A stretch of DNA of 64,000 nucleotides, taken from assembly GCA_951406725.2 (NCBI GenBank), contig OX597821.1, positions 118,110,001 through 118,174,000 of the forward strand. The letters run 5' to 3'. Of this stretch, positions 1 to 12,707 are shown one piece after another. Positions within the stretch are counted from its first letter, which is position 1; each line of letters starts with the position of its first letter. Position numbers and translations under genes: made by a program. The DNA is from Octopus vulgaris (lineage: Eukaryota). The notes beneath the pieces are model-generated. The model ran no database searches, had not been told where the DNA came from, and was given only the letters and a program-made list of their open reading frames with translations.

Positions 1-1288
1 TTAATCCCTTTAGGTACCCTCTATCTTTCTCTACGAAGTTTAATTCGATCTTCGCCACGCTTTCCCTATCTTATTCTTTCTCTACGAAATTTAATCCCTT
101 TAGGTACCCTCTATCTTTCTCTACGAAGTTTAATTCGATCATCGCCACGCTTTCCCTATCTTATTCTTTCTCTACGAAATTTAATCCCTTTAAGATACCC
201 TCTATCTTTCTCTACGAAGTTTAATTCGATCTTCGCCACGCTTTCCCTATCTTATTCTTTCTCTACGAAATTTAATCCCTTAAGATACCCTCTATCTTTC
301 TCTACGAAGTTTAATTCGATCTTCGCCACGCTTTCCCTATCTTATTCTTTCTCTACGAAATTTAATCCCTTAAGATACCCTCTATCTTTCTCTACGAAGT
401 TTAATTCGATCTTCGCCACGCTTTCCCTATCTTATTCTTTCTCTACGAAATTTAATCCCTTAAGATACCCTCTATCTTTCTCTACGAAGTTTAATTCGAT
501 CTTCGCCACGCTTTCCCTATCTTATTCTTTCTCTACGAAATTTAATCCCTTAAGATACCCTCTATCTTTCTCTACGAAGTTTAATTCCGATCTTCGCCAC
601 GCTTTCCCTATCTTATTCTTTCTCTACGAAATTTAATCCCTTAAGATACCTCTCTATCTTTCTCTACGAAGTTTAATTCGATCTTCGCCACGCTTTCCCT
701 ATCTTATTCTTTCTCTACGAAATTTAATCCCTTAAGATACCCTCTATCTTTCTCTACGAAGTTTAATTTGATCTTCGCCACGCTTTCCCTATCTTATTCT
801 TTCTCTACGAAATTTAATCCCTTAAGATACCCTCTATCTTTCTCTACGAAGTTTAATTCGATCTTCGCCACGCGTTCCCTATCTTATTCTTTCTCTACGA
901 AATTTAATCTTTCTCTACGAAGTTTAATTCGATCTTCGCCACGCTTTTATCTTATTCTTTCTCTAGATCCCTTAGGTACCCTCTATCTTTCTCTACGAAG
1001 TTTAATTCGATCTTCGCCACGCTTTCCCTATCTTATTCTTTCTCTACGAAATTTAATCCTTTGGTACCCTCTATCTTTCTCTACGAAGTTTAATTCGATC
1101 TTCGCCACGCTTTCCCTATCTTATTCTTTCTCTACGAAATTTAATCCCTTAAGATACCCTCTATTCTTTCTCTACGAAGTTTAATTCGATCTTCGCCACG
1201 CTTTCCCTATCTTATTCTTTCTCGACGAAATTTAATCCCTTAGATACCCTCTATTCTTTCTCTACGAAGTTTAATCCGATCTTCGCCA
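1..1288. repeat. 90-bp tandem minisatellite (about 14 copies, runs off the left edge)
   Basis: Unit TTAATCCCTTAAGATACCCTCTATCTTTCTCTACGAAGTTTAATTCGATCTTCGCCACGCTTTCCCTATCTTATTCTTTCTCTACGAAAT, made of two related half-units. It abuts the 5' end of the RTE element. Confidence 0.97.
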
Positions 1289-1289
1289 T

Positions 1290-4200
1290 TCGCGGTTCCC
1301 ACCCCCACCACCAATACCAATACCGGTGAAAACTGTTCACACCATCTACACCGGATATGCCCTCCTCCCTCGTCCTCCCCCACCACCATTACGTGTCTCT
1401 CCCTCCTACCCCCTCCTCCACATGCTTTCACTGTGTACTACACCTCCCCCCACCAAGACAAGCAGCAAAGCTCATCAACCTCCCCACTGATCTTACGTTC
1501 CTCCTGTTTTGAACCTGTCACCGCCTCAACCGGCTATCTCCTTCCAGTCCCCCCCTTGTGATATCCTACGTTTTTATCTCTTACGAACCTGTTCCAACCC
1601 CTCCCTATCATCGTTCCTCCTTACCCCAACCTTCCCCGCTGGTGCTTCCCTATATTACCTACAGCACCCCGCTTTCTCTCCCTCTCTTCTCACTGGTGGA
1701 ACCTTTCTCAGCTGGACCCCCAGAAATGAAAAACCCCCCACGAGAAGAGAGATCAGGAAAAAAAAAAAAAATGCCACGAAAACCATCACCATCACAACAA
1801 CCCTCTTCTTCTCAGGCACTGGATTGCCTCCCTCCCCACATCTTCCCAGTTTTCAGAGTTGGCACTATCAATGTTGGTACATTGAAAGGCAGGTCTAGTG
1901 AGATTGTAGAGATGCTTGAGAGAAGACAGATTGATGTATGCTGCATACAAGAGGTAAGATGGAGAGGTGCTTCAGCTAGGGTCCTCACAGGCAAGGCATT
2001 TAGGTACAAACTCTTCTGGCAAGGTAACATGGAAGGTGTAGGGGGTGTAGGCATTCTCCTTGCGGAGAAATGGGTGGATAAGGTCATAGAGGTTGTCAGG
2101 GTTTGCGATAGAGTGCTCAAGCTCAGGTTGGTCCTACAGAGTGGCACAGCTACGATTATCTCCGCCTATGCCCCACAAGCGGGACTACCAAATGATCAGA
2201 AGGACAACTTTTATGATACCCTTCTACAGACTACTTCAAAGACTAGTGGCAAGGACCTCATCTTTGTGGGTGGAGATTTTAATGGGCATGTTGGGCGGGG
2301 GGTATCTTCACTGGGGTACACGGTGGCCATGGTATTGGCACCAGAAATGATGAGGGAACTAGACTGCTGGAATTCTGTGATGCATGTAACCTTTCAATCT
2401 GCAACACTAACTTCAAGAAGCCTGACTGCCACCTTATAACCTATCAGTCAGGAGACTCCGCTAGCCAAATAGACTTCATCCTCACCAGACAGCGGGATGC
2501 AGGGTCACTCTTGAATACAAAGACCCTCCCGGGTGAAGAATGTATCCCTCAGCATAGACTAATCATCAGTGACTTTAAGCTTGAGGCCAGAAGGACTCCA
2601 AGAGACAAACCAATCCAGAAAGAAGGATTTGGAGGCTAAAGAACCCATCACATGGTCAGAAATTTAGGGACATACTCATCAAGAAATTTGATGAGAGGAG
2701 GAAGGAGCTCCAGACGTCAGACATAGAAGGTAGCTGGGAATTCATACGGGACAGCTTGCTGAGTGCCACAGACCGAGTCTGTGGATGGTGCAGAGTCCCT
2801 TCCAGACCTAGAGTTACGTGGTGGTGGAACAGTGCAGTAGATAAAGCCATTAGTGCAAAGAGACGGGCCTGGAAAGCCTGGAGGGATGGGGGCAGCAGGG
2901 AACTGTACCAGGCAGCCAAAGGGAGGCTGGGCGGCAGGTATACATAGCCAAAGATGTAGCAGAAAGAAGAAGTTTGCCAATGTCCAGCGACGTGAGGACC
3001 AAAGAGCTGAGGTATTTCGGATTGCCAGACAGTGTGTCAGAGAAAATAGTGATGTTACAGGAGAGAAATGTGTCCGCATGGATGATGGGGCACTTGCTTT
3101 TACTGTTAGTGAAAAGAAAGAGGCTTGGAGAAGCCATTATGAAAGACTGCTGAACGAGGAGAATGAATGGGAGGAGGAGAGCCTGCCAAATGTTGACCCA
3201 GTAGAAGGACCAGCTACCCGAATAGACAGCTCCCTTGTAGATAAGGCAATTAAGGATATGAAACCAGGCAAAGCCCCCGGCTCATCAGGAATCACTGCTG
3301 AGATGCTTAAAACAGCTGGCTATGTGGGCTATGGCATAGTCACCCGCATTGTAAACCAGGTAGTTCACAATGGAGTCATACCCAATGACTGGCGTAGCAG
3401 CACCATAGTCAACTGCTACAAGGGTAAAGGTGATGCTCTAGATAGAAATAACTACAGGGGTATCAAACTGTTGGACCAGGTGATGAAGGTCACAGAGAGG
3501 GTCATAACCCATCTCATTAGGGAGAGAATTTGCTTAGATGAAATGCAGTTCGGTTTTGTGCCAGGTAGAAGCACCACTGATGCTATATTCCTGGTCCGAC
3601 AACTGCAGGAGAAGTACCTAGCTAAAGATAAACCCCTCTACATAGCCTTTGTGGACTTGGAGAAAGCCTTTGACAGGGTTCCCCGTTCCCTTATCTGGAT
3701 GAGGCAGTCAAGCTTGACCTCAGAGTGTTGGGCCTCACCGAGGCAATGGTAATGTCTGTACAGGCTCTATACAGAGACTGTGACTGCAAAGACCCGGGCT
3801 GCAATATAGTGAAATCAGTTCCACATAGCCCCTGCCCACAGGACCTGTTGAGTCAAGTACATGAACACTCCGAACACCCTGCTGATGACCTGCTGGTGCT
3901 CCCCTATATTTCTGCAACCCCCCCACATAAAAAGCACGAAAAGAAATTTCGGCCGACTGGCTTCTGTGCAGGTGGCACATAAAAAGCACCAAGCCTTAGA
4001 GTAAATGTAGCAACATGCCAACCCCCTCTGCTTGCGAAGACATGTTGGGGCAAGCGACCTGCTCAATCTGTACTGGTCTGGTGGTACGTAAAAAGCACTA
4101 CAATGTAAGCTATGGACGCACAAGAGGTGCAGCAACATTAAAGGGAAATTAACAGATAAGATAGCCTTCATGTGCGGCAGATGCACAGGGACAATAGACA

Positions 4201-4813
4201 CCACAGACACTCAGAAAGCAGATTCCATCACACTCCAGGGAGAAAAACTAGAAGTAGTTGATAGTTTCCGCTACCTGGGTGACCAAGTTAGTAGCGGAGG
4301 TGGATGCACAGAGAGCATCACCACTAGAATACGAATAGCCTGGGCAAAGTTCAGAAAGCTCCTACCCCTACTGGCGAAAAAGGGTCTCTCCCTCAGAGCG
4401 AAAGGTAGACTGTATGATGCATGTGTGCGAACTGCCATGCTTCACGGTAATGAAACATGGGCTATGACTGCAGAGGACATGCGTAGACTTGAAAGAAATG
4501 AAGCTAGCATGATCCGCTGGATGTGTAATGTCAGTGTGCACGCACGACAGAGTGTAAGTATCCTGAGAGAAATGCTGGATATAAGAAGCATCAGATGTGG
4601 TGTGCAAGATCGACGCTTGCGATGGTATGGTCATGTGCTGCGGATGGATGAGGAGAGATGTGTGAAGAAGTGCCACTCCAAAACAGTTGAAGGTATCAGG
4701 GGAGAGGTAGACCCAGGAAGACATGGGATGAGGCAGTCAAGCTTGACCTCAGAGTGTTGGGCCTCACCGAGGCAATGGCGAAGGACCGAGATCTCTGGAG
4801 ATATATCATCATC

Positions 4814-4878
<65 letters not shown>

Positions 4879-5380
4879 CATCATCGCTGTGACTGCAAAG
4901 ACCCGGGCTGCTTCCTGCATCAGTTCCACATAGCCCCTGCCCATTCAAAGTACCCCGGATCCCAGATCGTCCCGCTGTGCTTGAGGAGACCTGTTGAGTC
5001 AAGTACATGAACACTCCGAACACCCCTCCCCGCTGGTGCTCCCCTATATTTCTGCAACCCCCCCACATAAAAAGCACCATCCGAACGTGGCCGATGCCAG
5101 CACCGCCCCGACTGGCTTCTGTGCAGGTGGCACATAAAAAGCACCAACCGACCGTGGCTGATGCCAGACCCCTCTGGCACCTGTGCAGGTGGCACGTAAA
5201 AAGCACCCACTACACTCGCGGAGTGGTTGGCGTTAGGAAGGGCATCCAGCTGTAGAAACACTGCCAGACCAGACTGGAGCCTGGGGCAGCCCCTGGCTCC
5301 CCAGACCCCGGTCGAAACCGTCCAACCCGTGCTAGCGCGGAAAACGGACGTTAAACGATGATGATGATGATGATGATGAT
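1290..5380 (+). mobile_element. Near full-length RTE-clade LINE (APE endonuclease + RT), frameshifted
   Basis: Endonuclease motifs VGTINVGTL, DVCCIQEVRW, ISAYAPQ, GGDFNGHVG. RT motifs NYRGIKLL, QFGFVPGRSTTDAIF, FVDLEKAFDRVP. C-terminal LEVVDSFRYLG and RRLRWYGHVLRM. The 3' UTR ends in (GAT)n. Confidence 0.93.
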
Positions 5381-5822
5381 ATATGGCACGGAAAATACAC
5401 CAATCCGACTGTACGACAGGCACCCATGCCAACCCCCTCTGCTTGCGAAGACATGTTGGGGCAAGCGAAAGCGAAATCGAAATCGAATTGAACCAGCCAG
5501 GATCCCTGGTCTGGTGGTACGTAAAAAGCACTACCCGACTCGTGGCCGATGCCAGCGCCGCCTCGACTGGCACATAAAAAACACCAATCCGACCGTGGCC
5601 GTTGCCAGCCTCGCCTGGCAGCTGTGCAGGTGGCACGTAAAAAGCACCCACTACACTCACGGAGTGGTTGGTGTTAGGAAGGGCATCCAGCTGTAGAAAC
5701 ATTGCCAGATAAGACTGGAGCCTGGTGCAGCCTTCTGGCTTCCCAGATCCCCGGTCGAACCGTCCAAACCATGCTAGCATGGAGAACGGACGTTAAACGA
5801 TGATGATGATGATGATGATGAT
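5381..5822 (+). mobile_element. RTE 3'-end-derived short retroposon with (GAT)n tail
   Basis: GTGGCACGTAAAAAGCACC subrepeats + GGAAGGGCATCCAGCTGTAGAAAC core + GGACGTTAAACGATGATG tail. Further copies near 6296-6720(-), 11660-12066, 16795-17110(-), 20821-21485(-), 28277-28640(-), 37898-38253, 38315-38570, 41090-41356, 42575-42835, 44478-44726, 46640-47236, 48838-49383, 52460-52706. Confidence 0.85.
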
Positions 5823-6067
5823 ATGAAAGAGAGTTTGGAGGGATATATTAACTTCCATTAAATTCCAGTTAACGGCTAACCACAATGGTCAATATCTTAT
5901 GTCTGTGAGTCTGTGACTACAATTAGTTGTTAGTCACTCCGTCAGTTCTTCCATTGGCTAATTCTGTGGACTCTTCACTGGATGGTAATAATTCTCTGGA
6001 GTATATATTGATATTAGTAATAATAATAATACGAGTCTTCATATACTTTATTATTATTGATATTAAT

Positions 6068-6296
<229 letters not shown>

Positions 6297-6735
6297 GTTT
6301 AGCAGTGGCTTACCATGCTGGCATGGGTTGGATGGTTTGACTGAGGGCTGGCTGACCAGAAGGCTGCACCAGGCTCCAGTCCAATCTGGCAAAGTTTCTA
6401 CAGCTGGATGCCCTGCCTAACACCAACCACTCCGAGAGTGTAGTGGGTGCTTTTTATGTGCCACCAACATGAGGGCCAGTCAGGTGGCACTGGCACCGAC
6501 CACGCTCAAATAGTACTTTTTACGTGCCACCGATATGGATGCCAACCAGATGGTACTGTCATTTGCTATGACAACAACTTCCCTTACTCAACAGGTTTCT
6601 GTAAATGCAGTTTATTGCCCAATGATTGAAGCTGGTTATGCAGCACTGGCATAGGCCATGGTTATGGTCTAACTTGGCTTGCCAGGTCTTCTCAAGAACA
6701 ACATATCTCCAAAGGTCTTGATCACTTGTCATTAA

Positions 6736-6782
<47 letters not shown>

Positions 6783-6925
6783 GACCATGGGATTGCACAT
6801 AGAAAGTTCCTCCCGAGACACAAGGTTGTTTATAGAAGACCAGCAGTTGCCCATGCAGACCAGCCTTCCCTCTCCTTGCCATTGATGTTATCCAAGGGAA
6901 AGGGCAAAAGGGGCCGATACAGCTT

Positions 6926-6965
<40 letters not shown>

Positions 6966-6968
<3 letters not shown>

Positions 6969-9470
6969 TCATCATCATCATCATCATCGTTTAATATCCG
7001 TTTTCCATGCTAGCATGGGTTGGACGGTTCAACTGGGGCCTGGGAAGCCAGAAGGCTGTGCCAGACCCAGTCTGATCTGGCAGTATTTCTACAGCTGGAT
7101 GCCCTTCCTAATGCCAACCACTCAATGAGTGTAGTGGGTGCTTTTTACGTGCCACCTGCACAGGTGCCAGATGAGGCTGGCAAATGGCCACGATCGGATG
7201 GTGCTTTTTACGTGCCACCGGCACGGAGGCCAGTCGGGCCAGCGCTGGCAACGGCCATGTTCAGATGGTTCTCTTACGTGTCACCGGCACTGGTATCACA
7301 GCTACAATTTCCATTGATGATGATTGATTTCGATTTTCACTTGCCTCAACAGGTTTTCACAAGTAGAGTTTGAGTCACAAGAAGGAAAGGTATGCATAAG
7401 AGGACTGGCTACATCCCAGGTAGAGGCCACGGGTTATGGTCTCACTTGTCCTGCTGGGTCTTCTGACGCACAGCATACTTCCAAAGGTCTCGGTCTCTGG
7501 TTATTTCCTCGGTGAGACCTAAAGTTCGAAGGTTGTGCTTCACCACCTCGTCCCAGATTTTGCTGGGTCTACCTCTTCTACAGGTTCCCTCAACTGCTAG
7601 GGTGTGGCACTTTTTCACACAACTATCTTCATCTATTCTCGCTACATGATCATACCAGCGCAAACATCTCTCTTGCACACCACAACTGATGCTTCTTAGG
7701 TCCAACTTTTCTCTCAAGGTACTTACACTCTGTTGAGTATGAACACTGACATTACACATCCATCGGAGCATACTGGCTTCATTTCTTGCGAGCTTACGCA
7801 TGTCCTCAGCAGTTACGGCCCATGTTTCACTGCCATGTATATTGGCTGTTCATACACATGCGTCATACAGTCTGCCTTTTATTCTGAGCGAGAGGCCTTT
7901 TGTCACCAGCAGAGGTAAGAGCTCTCTGAACTTTGCCCAGGCTATTCTTACTCTAGCAGTTACACTTTCAGCATACCGATCCCTGCAACTGACTTGGTCG
8001 CCTAGGTAATGGAAGCTATCAACTACTTCTAGTTTTTCTCCCTGGAATGTGGCGGAAGTTGGTCTGCGCATTTTCAGTGTTTATTGCTCCTGAGCATCTG
8101 CCACATACAAAAACTATCTTCCCAGTTAGCCTTCCTTTGACATTGCTGCACCTCTTATGTGTCCATAGCGTACACTTGGTGCATCTTATAGAGTTCCTAC
8201 CTACACCTTTTCTACAGATCGAGCAGGGCCATCTACCTGAAGGCATTTGAGATTTGTCTACCTTCCTACTTATTAGGACTTTGGTTTTAGCTAGGTTGAC
8301 TCTAAGGCCCTTCAATTCTAATCCGTGTCTCCACACCTGAAACTTTGCCGCTAGTTCTGATAGTGACTCAGCAATTAGAGCAAGATCATCAGCATAGAGG
8401 AGCTCCCAGGGGCATCCTGTCTTGAATTCCTCTTTTATTGCCTGGAGGACTATGATAAATAGGAGGGGGCTGAGGACTGAACCTTGGTGGACCCCTACGT
8501 CTGCCCTGAATTCTTCAGTGTACTCGTTGCCAACCCTCACCTTACTTACAGCGTCTCTGTACATGGCTTGCACAGCTCTCACTAACCACTCATCTATCCC
8601 TAGTTTCCTCATTGACCACCAGATAAGGGATTGGGAGGACCTTGTCAAAGGCTTTCTCCATGTCAACGAAAACCAGGTACAGAGGTTTATCTTTGGCTAG
8701 GTATTTCTCCTGCAGCTGTTTTACCAGAAATATGGCATCAGTGGTGCTTTTCCCTGGCACGAAACCAAACTGCATCTCATCCAAGCTGACTCTCTCCCTA
8801 ATCAGTTGGGCTATGACCCTCTCCGTAACCTTCATTACCTGATCCAACAGCTTGATACCTCTGTAATTATTTGTATCTAAAGCGTCACCTTTACCTTTGT
8901 AGCAGTTGACTATTATGCTGCTACACCAATCATTGGGTATGACTCCTTCGTGTATCACCTGGTTAACTGTACGGGTGACTAGGCTATAGCTAACATACCA
9001 GATATTTTAAGCATCTCTGCAGTAATTACTGATGGGCCTGGGGCTTTCCCTGTCTTCATGCTTCTAATTGCCTTAACTACTAAGGAACTGTCAACTCGGA
9101 TAACTGGTCCCTCTGTTCAGTCGGCATTCGGTAAACTCTCTTTATCCCATTCATTTTCCTTATTTAGCAGCCTCTCATAATGGTTCCTCATAACCTCTCT
9201 TTTGCATCCTCATTTAGCGCAAGTGAACCATCATCCATGCGAACACACTTCTCTCCTACCACTTCACGGTTCTCTCTCACACACTGTCTTACAACATGGA
9301 ATACGTCAAGTCTTTGGTCCTGACGGCGCAGAACATTGGCAAATTTTTTCTTATCTGCTTCCCTTCTGGCTAAATAAACCTGTCTCCTAGCTTCTCTTTT
9401 GGTAGTCTGATACAATTCCCCGCTACCACCATTCTTCCAGTCCTTCCAAGCCTGTCTCTTTTCTCTAACA
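6966..9470 (-). mobile_element. 5'-truncated RTE LINE (RT + PHD-like finger + 3' UTR)
   Basis: QFGFVPGKSTTDAIF, GVHQGSVLSPLLF, LLYADDLAL, GLRVNLAKTKVL, CSIC...CTKC...HKRC...CGRC, LEVVDSFHYLG. Several frameshifts; (GAT)n tail at 6966-6990. Confidence 0.93.
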
Positions 9471-9494
9471 GCCCTGCCTGTCCCTTTTCTCTAG

Positions 9495-9525
<31 letters not shown>

Positions 9526-9559
9526 TAGATAGATAGATAGAAAGATATATGTATCTCTA

Positions 9560-10180
9560 TATAGCCACCCCTGTACTATCATTAGCACCTCTTTTATCTG
9601 CTAATACCTACAATGCCCTCATATACTTACTGCAACCCCTGCCTATCCCACCTTAACTCACTCCTATATTCGCTCACTTCCCCATCATTTGCTACAGACA
9701 CCTCTATCCCTGTGCCCACTCATCCAGTTCAAGCTTCTATATAACCTCACTTATTACCACCACCACCCACTGTCCCTCGGGGGTATCCCCACCACCATCT
9801 CTCTCTCTCACTCTCTCTCTCTCACTCTCACTATCTCACTCTCTAACTCACTCTCTTTTTCTTTCTTTTCTTTTCCTACTGGGGTATCCATGTGTCTTCC
9901 CTACGGCAACACACCTATCTCTGTCCCTCCATACTTCCAACCCCTCATCACCTGACTCAAAGCCACTTTCTTCAATACTCCTCCCCCTCCCAGCGGAGGG
10001 AGGTTTGTCTTGCAGGAGACCCTGTCAGTGCACCCAGTACACTCTGTATAGTGGTTGGCATAAGGAAGGGCGTCCAGCTGTAGAAAGCATGGCAAAGCAG
10101 ACAATGGAACCTGGGTCAAACCATTCCACCCCAGACCAGCATGGAGAGCAAAGGTTCAATGATGATGGTGGTGGTGGTGG
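9560..10180 (+). mobile_element. CT-rich short retroposon with RTE-type 3' end (copy 1)
   Basis: Close copy at about 34700-35270. Ends in the AGGAAGGGCGTCCAGCTGTAGAAA core and a GAT/GGT tail. Confidence 0.7.
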
Positions 10181-10233
10181 TCAGAGCAAAACACAAACAT
10201 ATGAGTCTCTTCTTTTTTTTCCTTTCTTCTTAG

Positions 10234-10408
10234 ATTTCTTTACTGGACAGACAAAGGAAGTTACGATATTCCTGTTAAAATTGGTGCTGTTAAAATGGAT
10301 GGTTCCGACCCACAGATACTTGTTAAGGATAACATGCAAACACCAGGTTTCCTCACAAAAGATCCAAGTAACCCAATTTTATATTGGTCTGATAGCCAGC
10401 TTGGTAAG
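10234..10408 (+). CDS. LRP2: LRP2/megalin-like, exon A (YWTD propeller)
   Basis: Polypyrimidine tract, tag| acceptor and |gtaagt donor. Translates FLYWTDKGSYDIPVKIGAVKMDGSDPQILVKDNMQTPGFLTKDPSNPILYWSDSQLGK. Phase 2 to 0. Confidence 0.92.
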
Positions 10409-11228
10409 GTAAGTAACTGTACTGAATTCAGACTTAGAACCTAGTCTTCATGATACTATACATTTTTTATAAACATTTTCAGATAAGAGATTTTAACCTT
10501 TCAACTTATTACCTACCTCCCATTGTATTATTGTGAGTATTCATAATAAACCCTTATTATTATTTCCCCTCTATTCTGTCTTATCTGTCTATTTCAGCTC
10601 CATGCCATCATGTAAATATAGTTCTATAGTTTCATCTTACTGCTGATATCTAAGATAACTTTAGCTCATGCATTTCAATTCTATATTTTTGTCTCACTTG
10701 TTGATGGCTGAGATAACCTTAGCTCATGCGTTTCCTTATCTGCAACATATTCTTTCACTCATCTATGAAAGTTTATCACACAATCACACAGTTATTCGTC
10801 TCTAATTTTGTCTTTCTCCAAATCCCGGAACCATTCCTCCCACGTGTCATGACCCCCTCCCCCACTGGCTCACTATGTGCCTATCTATCTATCGGCCTTC
10901 ACCCTATCTGTCTGTCTCTCTCTGTCTCTTTTAATTCCTAGCGCATGTTTACTAGTTTGCAGTTTAATAAACAATATATAAACAATATTATATATTGTTT
11001 ATTCTTATTATATATTGTTTATTCATTTTTGTACTATTTGTAATCTAGTTATATGTTTTATAATATGTTTTATTTTTTCTTTATGATTTGGTTTATGCCT
11101 ATCATTGTTTGGATTGCATCAGTGTTTTTTCTCTAATTCACACATATATATATATATTGTGAAATTTGATTTAATACTAAATTGAATTTTTCCCTGTAAA
11201 TTTGGAGTCATACTCCCTAATATTATTA

Positions 11229-11280
<52 letters not shown>

Positions 11281-11325
11281 TATTATTATTATATATATAT
11301 ATGTATGTATATGTTTATGCATGCA

Positions 11326-11375
<50 letters not shown>

Positions 11376-11451
11376 GGTAGGAAAATTTTTAGAAATTTTT
11401 ACTGCTAGTGGCCTAGCATGCAGAAAACTAGTCAATAGACTATAAATTATG

Positions 11452-11632
11452 CAGTGTACATTTAAACACATAAGAGATGACCATCACAGGACACCTAGCA
11501 TGCTAGAAGGAGTAACCAAATTCCAAACCACTATTAGGGTTTATCCCTAATAGTGGTTTGGAATTTGGTTACTTCTTCTAGCATGCTAGGTGTCCTGTGA
11601 TGGTCATCTCTTATGTGTTTAAATGTACACTG
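11452..11632. repeat. Near-perfect inverted repeat (88-bp arms, 5-nt loop)
   Basis: 11452-11539 is the reverse complement of 11545-11632, apart from one G.T position. Confidence 0.95.
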
Positions 11633-12370
11633 TATTTATATATGTATATATATAGCGGGATAACTGCCAGAGCAACTGTCTAGCTTCCGTGCCAGTGGCA
11701 CATAAAAAGCACAATTTGAGCATGATTGTTACTTGCATCGCCCTATTGGCATATGTGATGGTGGAATATGAACAAAACATTCGAGCGAGGTCGTTGCCAG
11801 TGCCGCTGGACTGACTTCTGTGCAGGTGGCACATAAAAAACACAATCTGAGGGTGGCCATTGCCAGTACCACCAGACTGGCCCTCGTGCCAGTGGCACGT
11901 AAAAGCACCCACTACAAATCAGGGTCGTTGGCATTAGGAAGGGCATCCAGCTGTAGAAACTCTGCCAGATCAGATTGGAGCCTGTTGCAGCCATCTGGTT
12001 CACCAGTCTTCAGTCAAAACGTCCAACCCATGCTAGCATGGAAAGCGGACGTTAAATGATGATGATATATATGTATGTATTTGTGTGTCTGTGTTTGTCT
12101 CCCCACCATCACATGACAACTGATGATAGAATAAGTACTACAAAGGCTTACAAAGAATAAGTCCTGGGGTTGATTTGTTCCACTGAAGGTGGTACTCCAG
12201 TATGGCCGCAGTCAAATGACTGGATCAAGTAAAAGAATAAAAGAATATGGTGAGGCGGGTATTTGAGAGGGGACATGGCTCCATGTCTGGAATTATAGGC
12301 TGAAGTATGAGAGAGAAACGAGCACACATGTGTCTTGTTATAGAGGAGATATATGGATACCCTGTAATAT

Positions 12371-12610
12371 ATGAGTAGTACTAGCTGTAAAGTACTGAAT
12401 GAGTAGTACTAGCTGTAAAGTACTGGATGAGTAGTACTAGCTGTAAAGTACTGGATGAGTAGTACTAGCTGTAAAGTATTGGATGAGTAGTACTAGCTGT
12501 AAAGTACTGGATGAGTAGTACTAGCTGTAAAGTACTGGATGAGTAGTACTAGCTGTAAAGTACTGGATGAGTAGTACTAGCTGTGAAGTACTGGATGAGT
12601 AGTACTAGCT
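12371..12610. repeat. 28-bp tandem repeat (about 8.5 copies)
   Basis: Unit ATGAGTAGTACTAGCTGTAAAGTACTGG. Confidence 0.95.
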
Positions 12611-12707
12611 AGAAAGAAGATGAAGAAATATGAAATGAGAAATTACCGAATTTTTGTTATTTATCAATGTTGTTAATGTTTGTTGGTTTTTATATATTTT
12701 GCTGCAG

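Noticed and set aside
768-1184. 138-aa ORF
   Set aside because: It is a translation of the 90-bp tandem repeat.
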